A DNA stretch of 55,608 bases from Christensenella sp. UBA1782. Lineage in GTDB: Bacteria > Bacillota > Clostridia > Christensenellales > DTU072. Every line of letters starts with the position of its first letter. Within the stretch, counting starts at the first letter, position 1. The notes under the pieces were generated by a model. That model was not told the origin of the DNA and ran no database searches. It saw only the letters and a program-made list of their open reading frames with translations. Of this stretch, positions 1-8,283 are shown one piece after another. The DNA is taken from the NCBI GenBank assembly GCA_002315475.1, contig DCGI01000050.1, forward strand, positions 139 through 55,746, read 5' to 3'. Position numbers and translations under genes: made by a program.

Positions 1-4
1 AGCT

Positions 5-1114
5 ATGGCAGCAGGCAAGTACGTTGTTGTACAGACCGCTCCGGCAGTCCGTGCGGCACTCGGTGAAGAATTCGGCATGAAAATCGGCACGCCCGTTACC
101 GGCAAGATGGTAGCCGCACTCCGCAGACTCGGCTATAAAAAGGTATTCGATACCGACTTTGCCGCAGACCTCACCATCATGGAAGAAGCTACCGAATTGC
201 TTACCAGAATCAAGCACGATAGCGCACTCCCGATGATCACGTCCTGCTCGCCCGGTTGGGTAAACTATGCGGAATACTACTATGGCGATCAACTCAGCCA
301 TTTGTCTTCCTGCAAGTCCCCTCACGAAATGATGGGTGCTATTTTGAAATCCTACTATGCCGAAAAGATCGGTGTGGATCCCAAAGACATTTTCGTCGTA
401 TCCATCATGCCTTGCTCCTGCAAGAAGTTCGAAAAGAACCGTCCCGAAATGGAAAACAACGGTTTGCGTGACGTAGATGCCGTATTGACCACCAGAGAAC
501 TCGGCAGAGTCATTCGCCGTTCCGGTATCTTATTCGACAGACTTCCCGACGAAGACTTTGATACCGACCTCGTACACGATGCCACCGGTGCCGGTGTTAT
601 TTTCGGTGTAACCGGCGGCGTTATGGAAGCCGCTCTCCGTACCGCTTATTTCGTTTTGACCGGTAAAGAAAGAGAAGGCGTTGAATTCCACGAAGTACGC
701 GGTTTCGAAAACATCCGCGAAGCCAAATTCGACCTCGCCGGCAATAAGATTAAAGTTGCCGTAACCAGCGGTATGAGAGGAGCTAAAGTTCTGTTGGATC
801 AAATCCGCGAAGGAAAATCTCCCTACACCTTTATCGAAATCATGGGTTGCCCCGGTGGTTGCGTAAACGGCGGCGGACAACCGTACGTTCGTGACGTATT
901 CCTCCCCAACGAAGATGCCGACATCATGGAAACCTATATCCAAAAGAGAGCCTCCGCCCTCTATTCGGAAGACCAAAGAAGCGTCCTTCGTCAATCCCAT
1001 AATAACCCGCAAATTCAAGCTTTGTATACGGAATTCTTGGGCAAACCCAATTCTCACAAGGCTCACGAACTATTGCATACTACCTACAACCCGAATCGCA
1101 AACGTTTTGACTGA
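5..1114 (+). CDS. [FeFe]-hydrogenase catalytic (H-cluster) domain, 5'-truncated by the window edge
   Basis: H-cluster signatures L1 'TSCSPGW' (variant of TSCCPGW), L2 'MPCSCKKFE' and L3 'EIMGCPGGCVNGGGQP'. Collinear by eye with the C-terminal half of Clostridium pasteurianum CpI (recalled). The ORF is open to the window start. Confidence 0.9.
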   Translation: MAAGKYVVVQTAPAVRAALGEEFGMKIGTPVTGKMVAALRRLGYKKVFDTDFAADLTIMEEATELLTRIKHDSALPMITSCSPGWVNYAEYYYGDQLSHLSSCKSPHEMMGAILKSYYAEKIGVDPKDIFVVSIMPCSCKKFEKNRPEMENNGLRDVDAVLTTRELGRVIRRSGILFDRLPDEDFDTDLVHDATGAGVIFGVTGGVMEAALRTAYFVLTGKEREGVEFHEVRGFENIREAKFDLAGNKIKVAVTSGMRGAKVLLDQIREGKSPYTFIEIMGCPGGCVNGGGQPYVRDVFLPNEDADIMETYIQKRASALYSEDQRSVLRQSHNNPQIQALYTEFLGKPNSHKAHELLHTTYNPNRKRFD

Positions 1115-1170
1115 GCATAGTACGTCTCTTTGCGGCAGCAAAACAAAACACATGCAATAACATCTAAAAA

Positions 1171-1209
1171 ATCCCGTCTGCAAATCCATGCGGATGGGAT
1201 TTTTAGTTT
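1171..1209 (+). terminator. Rho-independent terminator after the hydrogenase gene
   Basis: About 12-bp stem with G-U pairs (ATCCCGTCTGCA / TGCGGATGGGAT), followed by TTTTAGTTTT. Confidence 0.55.
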
Positions 1210-1281
1210 TACCGACTTGGGGAAGTTAGGATTTTTTACAAAAACGCACTCTGCGAGTCCGTTTATTTATGAAAGGGGTAG

Positions 1282-1313
1282 AAAAAATGCCGAGAATACG
1301 ACGATTCTCGGCA
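1282..1313 (-). terminator. Rho-independent terminator after the WYL regulator gene
   Basis: Perfect 10-bp stem TGCCGAGAAT/ATTCTCGGCA with a 6-nt loop. On the minus strand it is followed by TTTTTT (plus-strand A-run 1282-1287), just downstream of the stop at 1327. Confidence 0.7.
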
Positions 1314-1326
1314 ATATCGTAAAAAA

Positions 1327-2294
1327 TTATTTCATCATGCAACGGATGATTTCCTGAACTTCGTCTTGTAACCATTTCGGTTCGATGATTTCGCAATCGG
1401 TACCGAAGCCCAAAACGAATTTGACGGTATTATAGTGATAGTGCATATCACATTCCAACATCGTATGGTTTTGGTCGATGGGCGTTACGATTTGATGCAA
1501 GCCGTACTTGTATTCCTGCACGTACATGGCGGGTTTTCCGGTAAAGCAAAGCTTGATATGAATCCATTCGTTACTGCCTTTATCGGCACGATTACTCCAA
1601 TCTCCTCCATGCTTCAAGCCGTTTTCGTCCAAATAATCCCGTTCGTTATAGGAAAGTTTTATCTGAAATTTCTCATTCGTAACCGAAAATTTTTGAATAC
1701 GGTTGAGTTTGAAATACGCAAAATTTTCGAAAGATTCGCAATAACCGATGACAAACCACGCATTGTTGTGCATAAAAAGTCGGTACGGATGAATTTTTCT
1801 CGTACGCACGACGTTGTCGTTGGACAAAAAGTCAATCGTGATTTTTAACTTTTGTTGAATACATTGTTCTATCGTTTGGTACCGTTCTTTCAGCTCCTCA
1901 CTGCTCATGGCAAGGGTAATGCCGGGAATAATGAAAGTTTCCTGAGAAATCGGCAACCGCTCGATAGAAGAAAAAATACGGGAAATCGCCATTTGAAAGA
2001 CTTTGGCATCCAAAAAATCTCCCCTCGAAAGAAGGTAGTCGGTACCGATTTGTAATACTTTTTTTCTTCGTTACTCAGATTTAACGACGGAATCAAAGAA
2101 CCTTGTTCCAGTTTATAACCGCCGTATTTTCCGGGTATACTGACAATATAATACCCCGCTTCTTCCAGTTCTTTTTTATACTCAATCACGTTACGCGGAT
2201 TGGTTTCCAAAAGCTCTGCCAATTCGGTACACTTATAAACCCGTCCCGAACGCAGAATCTGGAGCATTTGAATACACATTGACGCTTTGCCCAT
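1327..2294 (-). pseudogene. HTH-WYL domain transcriptional regulator (BrxR/CapW-like class), reading frame broken at an A7 run
   Basis: The N-terminal ORF (1905-2294) has a winged-HTH 'YKCTELAELLETNPRNVIEYKKELEEAGY'. The C-terminal ORF (1327-2013) has a WYL core 'HPYRLFMHNNAWFVIGYC...FKLNRI' plus a C-terminal extension. The frames join if the coding-strand A7 (plus-strand T7 at 2059-2065) were A8, giving '...NEEKKVLQIGTDYLLSRGDFLD...'. Confidence 0.75.
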
Positions 2295-2321
2295 CTTTTC
2301 CTCCGTTTTGGAAATGCGGGG

Positions 2322-3320
2322 CTACTCGAATTGTTTTTCTACCGTACACTTCATCTTTTTGGAAGTGGTGAATCCGGTTGAGACTTCAATTTCCACCGTT
2401 ACACGCACGACCGAACAGTCATACAACTCGTCGTCCAGTTTTATGGTATTCCTCCCTTCGTTTAACTTAATACTTGGGTGTTCTCCGTTCTTTTGACGGA
2501 TATAGGCCTTAATGGACTTTATTTTTTTGCCACCGACATAGGTTGCGTTAATAACAAAATTCAAAAAACGTTTTCCCTTGCCGAAGCCGAATAAACCCGT
2601 TTGCGTCAAGAATCCGTCACCGTCCAACATTTCCACGCTGAAAGTATCCTTGCCTTCTTGCACTTGGGCACTCGACGGCATAACGTTGCGTTCGAAAATC
2701 GGTTCTTCTTGTTCGACCGGAACGGGTTCGTAGTTCGGCACCTCTTCCGGTTCCATGGATAACAAATAATCCACGTTATCGATTTTTACTTCTGCGAGCG
2801 AAGGGGTTTTTAACGTATCGATTAAGTAGTCTATCATGTAGTTATAGTCACGAACCATGATAACTATCTCGCGTTTTACTTCCTCCTCTAACTTATGTTT
2901 TTGGTCATTGGCTTGACCATTGGTAAAACGAAGATCTCTCTGTAAATCATTTTTGCCCAAAAGCATCCAGCACATATACTCTATGGCTACCGAAGGATTC
3001 CCGGAAAGGCTCTTTCCATCCTCATCCGTCTGTAACATACGCGGTGCATCCATGACACCGTCCAGTATCAAAGCGATTTTGGTCACAAGAATTTGGAAAT
3101 TCGTTACAAAGGAATTACGATTCTTATTCCTGATGGCACGTTTGGTTTCATTATACCAGTTTTGCACCGTATTCAACGCAATTTTTTCCCGAATATAAGC
3201 ATCGGCGTCGGGTTTTATTACCAAAGGTACTACTCGTTGCCGCAATGTATGTTTCTTTGGGTGCTTTTGAACATCGTTTTCCGGTTTCGTTCCGCTTGTA
3301 TTTTGTTGTTGATTATCCAT
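2322..3320 (-). CDS. hypothetical protein: helical N-domain, acidic/Pro linker, beta-rich C-domain
   Basis: 332-aa ORF with ATG preceded by GGAG. It has its own sigma70-like promoter upstream, and the WYL gene follows 27 nt downstream with a GGAGGA RBS. No family recognised. Confidence 0.7.
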   Translation of the reverse strand: MDNQQQNTSGTKPENDVQKHPKKHTLRQRVVPLVIKPDADAYIREKIALNTVQNWYNETKRAIRNKNRNSFVTNFQILVTKIALILDGVMDAPRMLQTDEDGKSLSGNPSVAIEYMCWMLLGKNDLQRDLRFTNGQANDQKHKLEEEVKREIVIMVRDYNYMIDYLIDTLKTPSLAEVKIDNVDYLLSMEPEEVPNYEPVPVEQEEPIFERNVMPSSAQVQEGKDTFSVEMLDGDGFLTQTGLFGFGKGKRFLNFVINATYVGGKKIKSIKAYIRQKNGEHPSIKLNEGRNTIKLDDELYDCSVVRVTVEIEVSTGFTTSKKMKCTVEKQFE

Positions 3321-3481
3321 TTTCTTCTCCTTCGTTTACGTTACTGTTTTTTCTTTGCCGTTTGTCGGCAAAAATGTTTTTTCTTCTTGATAACAAAAGT
3401 CTTTTCCGAAAATCGGAAACGCGTCGGCACTCTGTTTCGCGACACTTTTTTCGTTGTCTTTACCGACTATTAGAATACAAT

Positions 3482-3510
3482 ACTTTTACCGTTTTGTCAA
3501 TGTATCTTTC
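3482..3510 (-). promoter_or_regulatory. sigma70-like promoter for the 2322-3320 / WYL transcription unit
   Basis: On the minus strand: TTGACA (3505-3510), exact 17-nt spacer, TATTCT (3482-3487). This would give a 5'UTR of about 155 nt. Confidence 0.45.
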
Positions 3511-3598
3511 CGAAAAAAGATACCGAACGACGTTACGGGAAAAAACAAAAAAGCATTATGATTAAGGGAACGGCGTAGGCGGTTCGTTCCGTTCTTTT

Positions 3599-4309
3599 TT
3601 ACAAAGTCTCGCTCAGCCAGCGCAAAATCGCCGTCCAACGTATATCGTGAATATCTACGGCTTTGCCCTCCATGCGAGGACAATCATACATACCGCTGAT
3701 GCAAAGATAATGCCCGTTGCAGGGACCGTCGTGAAAGATGCAATCGCCTTCCGAAAACGGGGTTTCCCGACCGCCGTTAGACTGCGTATTCGCCTGTTTA
3801 CTTGTAGAAGCACTTTTCTTCCCGACCGTAGGAGAAACGGACGTGGTCGGCGTAGCAACCGCATTTTGCCTGTTCGTCGATATGCTCGGTGCCGACGTCG
3901 GTGCCGTCAAGTTTCCCTCCGAGAGGGACGGTTCCGTCACGAACGGTGTAGGCACCCTCTTTTTTTTATCTTCCTTCGGTGCAATCGGCGTTTTTGCATA
4001 GTAATAATTGCCTTCTTGAGAAACGACCTCTCCCAATGTGTCTATTATTTCGAGAAATACTGCTTGCGACGCCTCTTCATAGACTTCGTAATACCGTAAT
4101 CGCAAAGACGAAACGTCTCCTTTTTCGGCAATGGCTGCGGCAAGCAATCCCATTTTTTGATCCAGCACGAAAAAACAGTCCGCTTGTTCTCGGGCATCCC
4201 AATCGTTTTGGCATAAATCGGCAAGACAGGCGTACACGTAAAAAGGATTACACAAAAACACGATATCGTGTGTCCTGCATACTGCGGCAAGTGCTTCTCG
4301 AAAACGCAA
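3599..4309 (-). CDS. hypothetical protein: N-terminal helical domain, Ser/Thr/Pro-rich linker, Cys/His-rich C-terminus
   Basis: 236-aa ORF with a TTG start 5 nt after AGGAGG. The low-complexity linker is 'TAPTSAPSISTNRQNAVATPTTSVSPTVGKKSASTSKQANTQS'. No family recognised. Confidence 0.65.
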   Translation of the reverse strand: MRFREALAAVCRTHDIVFLCNPFYVYACLADLCQNDWDAREQADCFFVLDQKMGLLAAAIAEKGDVSSLRLRYYEVYEEASQAVFLEIIDTLGEVVSQEGNYYYAKTPIAPKEDKKKRVPTPFVTEPSLSEGNLTAPTSAPSISTNRQNAVATPTTSVSPTVGKKSASTSKQANTQSNGGRETPFSEGDCIFHDGPCNGHYLCISGMYDCPRMEGKAVDIHDIRWTAILRWLSETL

Positions 4310-4403
4310 CGTATCCTCCTTTGTTTCCCATGCTCATAAAAAAACTTACTATACGTTCGTCGCAAAGTTCGACAAAGCCGTATAGCAAGCCTCTTTTTTT
4401 ATC

Positions 4404-5240
4404 TTATTGATAGCGTGCCTCTTGATAAAGGCGTCTGTTTGCTTCGGTGCGGAACATGACCGCCAAAGATACGTCGTCCCCGTATCCGGTTTTTTCACCG
4501 AGCCGAACAATCCAATCGTTTACGTTTTCTCTCTTGCCGTTCGCCAATTCCGTATAAACGGGCAAGATAAAGGATTTCGCAAAATTGGGTAAATTTTGAT
4601 AGGGGTTAATGATGCCGTCGGTGCAAAGGAATACGCCGTCATAGTCGCGAATATTGTAAAAATCCACGTGAATATGATAATAAGCGTCTTCCGAACACAT
4701 GGAATAGGTATAGTTTGCCACCGTTTCGTCGCTTGTTTCCTCTAAAATCGGCGTAACCACCCCTTTCTTGACGCCGAAAATACCACCGTCTCCCAAACTG
4801 ACGCAAAGTAGGTATTTTCCCAAAATCATGGCACCGTTTAAGGTCGTGCCGTAGGCTTTGGCAGGGTTGTTCTTCAAGCGGAATTGATCACGTTCGGAAA
4901 GCATTTCGATTTCCTTCTTCCCGATGTGATTCTGTTCCAAATCTTGTTCCACCAAAGCATTCCACCGACACAGAATATCCATTTTTATTTTGTTAAGAAC
5001 CTGTTCCTTCGGCTTGCCGTACAGAACCAACGAACGGACGCTCTTAAAAGCGTCGATGATGGCTTGACAGGCAAACTTACTGCCTCTGTCGCTTCGAATA
5101 TACACGTCTGATCCGTGTCCGTCGCAAACGGCAACAATCGTCCTCGTTTCGTCATGATAGGATACGGAAAAATCCTGACAGGGTTTTCCCGTTTTTAAGT
5201 GAGAAAACCCCACGTTGGTTTTGTTAAAAAACTCAATCAT
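4404..5240 (-). CDS. PP2C-family Ser/Thr protein phosphatase (TerY-P triad component)
   Basis: PP2C motifs 'CQDF', 'VAVCDGHGS', 'LGDGG', 'LCTDGI' and 'GDDVSLAV'. I place the start at the internal ATG (5240), which overlaps the upstream vWA stop by 8 nt; the ORF track extends to 5303. Confidence 0.85.
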   Translation of the reverse strand: MIEFFNKTNVGFSHLKTGKPCQDFSVSYHDETRTIVAVCDGHGSDVYIRSDRGSKFACQAIIDAFKSVRSLVLYGKPKEQVLNKIKMDILCRWNALVEQDLEQNHIGKKEIEMLSERDQFRLKNNPAKAYGTTLNGAMILGKYLLCVSLGDGGIFGVKKGVVTPILEETSDETVANYTYSMCSEDAYYHIHVDFYNIRDYDGVFLCTDGIINPYQNLPNFAKSFILPVYTELANGKRENVNDWIVRLGEKTGYGDDVSLAVMFRTEANRRLYQEARYQ

Positions 5241-6024
5241 CCTGCCACTCCCACGAGTCAATATCGTCGCTGATAGTCTGCTGTATTTGTTGTCTGATAT
5301 CATTTGTCACCTGATTTTCCGTATTTTGACCGATTCCCTGCGTTGTCGTACTGTCGGAGGACTTGACCTTTGAAGCCGTCATCACGATAATCTTAATAAT
5401 CTTTTCCAAAAGTTTTGCATCAAAGCAAGTAATGACGTCTCCGTTTTCACCGACGAAATCTCGAAGTACCTGCACCGTTCTGCCGTCATTTAACTCAATA
5501 GCGATGCCGTATCGAATTGCTACCTTAAACCATGGGAGTTTGTTCAAAATTTCCATTTCTTCCGTCAACGGCCACTTTGTCGGGTGCCCGTCCGTCAATA
5601 ACAACACGATGGGTGCCACGCCTCCGAAATCGGGCATAATGCCGCCTTTCGCTTCCTTTTTCAATAAGTCGGCAAGCTGCAAATAAGCCGTATGTAAATT
5701 GCTCCAACCACCGGCGCGGATATCCTTAAAATCAAATTCTTCCACCGCTTTCATCCTATCGTGATTCAACAAGAACGCTTCGGTAGAATAGGTGATAACC
5801 GTAAGATAAAAATCCACGTTGACGTTTTCGTTTTGTAAATCCGTCAAATACTGTTTGATGTCGTGAATAGCGTGATTCACTTGACCGATGCGTTCTCCCC
5901 GCATACTCGTGGAACAGTCCACCATGAGGATGACGTTCAAGCGTTGTTTAGCAATCTTCTCATCCATTCTGTCGGGTTTCCAAACAGGTTTTTCCGTATC
6001 GTTTCCTTGTATCGTTTCTGCCAT
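5233..6024 (-). CDS. TerY-like von Willebrand factor A (vWA) protein, copy 2
   Basis: MIDAS motif 'VDCSTSMRG' plus 'LLLTDGHPT'. S/T-rich then acidic Trp-containing tail 'SSDSTTTQG...DSWEWQDD'. Paralogous to 6206-6919. Confidence 0.85.
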   Translation of the reverse strand: MAETIQGNDTEKPVWKPDRMDEKIAKQRLNVILMVDCSTSMRGERIGQVNHAIHDIKQYLTDLQNENVNVDFYLTVITYSTEAFLLNHDRMKAVEEFDFKDIRAGGWSNLHTAYLQLADLLKKEAKGGIMPDFGGVAPIVLLLTDGHPTKWPLTEEMEILNKLPWFKVAIRYGIAIELNDGRTVQVLRDFVGENGDVITCFDAKLLEKIIKIIVMTASKVKSSDSTTTQGIGQNTENQVTNDIRQQIQQTISDDIDSWEWQDD

Positions 6025-6205
6025 ATTTCTTTCCTTTTTCTCCGATTCATGATTATGTGGAACGGTACGTAAAAATACCGTTTCGATGTCTTTTTCTCTC
6101 TTTTTGTAAAAATCCCTTCTTCAGAAACGAAGAACCCGTAAGAATCGGAAGTATACGTGCCCTAAGCGGCACGCAACTACTTCCTTTTCTTTTCGGGTTT
6201 CTTGA

Positions 6206-6919
6206 TCAGTTCCAACCGTCCTGTACTTCTTCGTCCAGCTTTTGAGCGATTTGTTGTTGCGTCGCTTGATTGTTGTCGGTTACTGCGGTATTGGTAGAAC
6301 TCGACTTTGCCTTCGATGCGGTGACGGCAATCACGCGAATGATTTTCCGAAGTGCTTCCGCCGTATATACCTGCAAAACGGTTTCCGGATTGCCGGTAAA
6401 GGACGTCAGAATGTTCATGGCTTCGTCACTCTTGATAAAAATCGCCAAAGCATACCGCAAAGCCGCTTTGAACCAGCCTCTCTTCTTTAAGGCGTTTAGG
6501 TGGGCTTCCCAATCGGGACTGGTCGGCAATCCGTCCGTCATCAAGATGAGGATGGGCGCCACACCGCCGAAGTCGGGCATTTGACCGCCGTCCGCTTGCT
6601 TCATCAGGCACTTTTCCAGTTTATCGAAAGCATCGGAAAGGTTGGTTTCTCCCTCGGGAGCAAGATCTGCCCACTTAAAATCGGAAACCGTCTTTCCTTC
6701 GTTATAAACCCACGATGCGTGATCGCTGAACTTTAACGCGTGAATCTTGATGATTGCTTCCGATGTGTCTTCTTGGATTTCGGGCATGATACTCATTACG
6801 TCACGAATGGCGTTATTGACCGCCCCCAACTTTTCTCCGCTCATCGAACCGGAATTATCGATAATAAAAATCAAATTCAGTTCTTGCCGTACGATACCGT
6901 TTTCTTCTCTGTCTGCCAT
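6206..6919 (-). CDS. TerY-like von Willebrand factor A (vWA) protein, copy 1
   Basis: MIDAS motif 'IDNSGSMSG' plus 'ILMTDGLPT'. Tail 'KSSSTNTAVTDNNQ...EEVQDGWN'. The start lies 2 nt after the kinase stop. Confidence 0.85.
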   Translation of the reverse strand: MADREENGIVRQELNLIFIIDNSGSMSGEKLGAVNNAIRDVMSIMPEIQEDTSEAIIKIHALKFSDHASWVYNEGKTVSDFKWADLAPEGETNLSDAFDKLEKCLMKQADGGQMPDFGGVAPILILMTDGLPTSPDWEAHLNALKKRGWFKAALRYALAIFIKSDEAMNILTSFTGNPETVLQVYTAEALRKIIRVIAVTASKAKSSSTNTAVTDNNQATQQQIAQKLDEEVQDGWN

Positions 6920-6921
6920 AG

Positions 6922-8223
6922 TTACTCAATCTCTCCTTGTGTTGTATTGTTGAATTGTATTGTTAAATTGCGTGCCAACAGTATGACGCCGTTTCCCGCA
7001 AATATTTTTTCCTTACCCGTTACGTCTCTGACCACCACTTCCTGCGGAAGAGCCAAACGCAATCCCCAAAGGCTCGGGTTGTTCTTGTTGGAGATTACCC
7101 TGCCGACCGGCGTGCAGTAATCGTCGGAATACTTATCTAAGTGATGCCTGAAGATTTCTTTGCCCAAATCCAACACGATACGGTGTCTGCCCACGTGCAA
7201 AACGCATACGTCCTTCGTCGGTTTTCCGCAATAGGGACAAATCTTATTCGGTTGTTTTTCTTCAAAGCCGTAGATATAGTCGCTTTGGCAATAGGGACAG
7301 GACATAACCTCGTCACGATATTTGCAAAGGAACTTATTCCACTCGATTTCCGTCGTTCTGGCGTTTTCTCGGTCGGTTAAGCCGTCCACAAAGGTACGAT
7401 GAAACGCCTCTTTGATATAAATCGGAATGGAGAGCCATTTCTTGATCAAGGCGGTATGATAGCCGCGAATCGGTCGATTGCTCCTGTCCGTTTTATGATA
7501 AACGAATACCGGATTCTTGCCGTACATTTCAAAAATGGCTTGTTCGTCCATTATCTCGTAGTCTTTGAGCTTTTCCCCTTCAAACGGTCTTCCTTTACAC
7601 AGTGCCATAAACAATACGACAGCCAAAGAGAACCGATCGGAGTGGGTATCGGGATTCATTTCTTTCCGAACCACTTCGGGTGCCATAAACTTGATGATGC
7701 CCTGAATACCTAAGTTGTTCTTGTCGGCGGTAACGTTATCGTTGTCGCAAATCAGCAAATCGCCGGTATTGGGATCCAAGAAAAAGCCGCCGTCGTTCAA
7801 GTCTTGATAGGAGTATCCTTTTTCGTGCAACTTCTTAAACGATGTACACAGACTGATGCACCACTTCACCATGATAAACTTGTTCTTAAACTGTGCCTTT
7901 TCGTCACCGTTGACGTACTTGGTAAAAGAAACATAGTTCTGCGGACGCAGATCCATCAAATAGCCGACTTTACCTTCGTATTCGAAATACCGTTTCGGCC
8001 ACAAGAAGGTTTCGGCGGGGCTGCCGCGATCGATCAAACTCTTCAAGTTCTTTTTGAACTCGGGTTTGACTTCATTGATGTACACCTTCAAAGCATACTT
8101 TGCGCCGTTCATGGAAACAAGATACACCTCGCCTTGCCCGCCTGCCCCCAAAAGGGACTCTACGACCAACTTGGTACCGTCCTCCAATGCAACAACTTCG
8201 TTCTGTTTTAGTTTCATTTGCAA
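6922..8223 (-). CDS. Ser/Thr protein kinase with C-terminal zinc ribbon (TerY-P triad kinase)
   Basis: Gly-loop 'LGAGGQGEVY', 'YALKV' Lys, degenerate catalytic loop 'YQDLNDGG', 'ICDNDN' in place of DFG, and 'FMAPEV'. These are followed by 'CPYCQ...CPYCG'. The ATG at 8217 is an alternative to the TTG at 8223. Confidence 0.85.
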   Translation of the reverse strand: MQMKLKQNEVVALEDGTKLVVESLLGAGGQGEVYLVSMNGAKYALKVYINEVKPEFKKNLKSLIDRGSPAETFLWPKRYFEYEGKVGYLMDLRPQNYVSFTKYVNGDEKAQFKNKFIMVKWCISLCTSFKKLHEKGYSYQDLNDGGFFLDPNTGDLLICDNDNVTADKNNLGIQGIIKFMAPEVVRKEMNPDTHSDRFSLAVVLFMALCKGRPFEGEKLKDYEIMDEQAIFEMYGKNPVFVYHKTDRSNRPIRGYHTALIKKWLSIPIYIKEAFHRTFVDGLTDRENARTTEIEWNKFLCKYRDEVMSCPYCQSDYIYGFEEKQPNKICPYCGKPTKDVCVLHVGRHRIVLDLGKEIFRHHLDKYSDDYCTPVGRVISNKNNPSLWGLRLALPQEVVVRDVTGKEKIFAGNGVILLARNLTIQFNNTTQGEIE

Positions 8224-8283
8224 TCCGTCCTTTTTTATTATTACCGCCCCGTTTTTTATGCGGTTTGGGTTGTTGTGTTTTTC

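Noticed and set aside
6922-7200. FHA domain at the kinase C-terminus
   Set aside because: It has only a vague 'GR...N......L' resemblance. I could not place the conserved Ser/His/Asn residues, so I left it unassigned.
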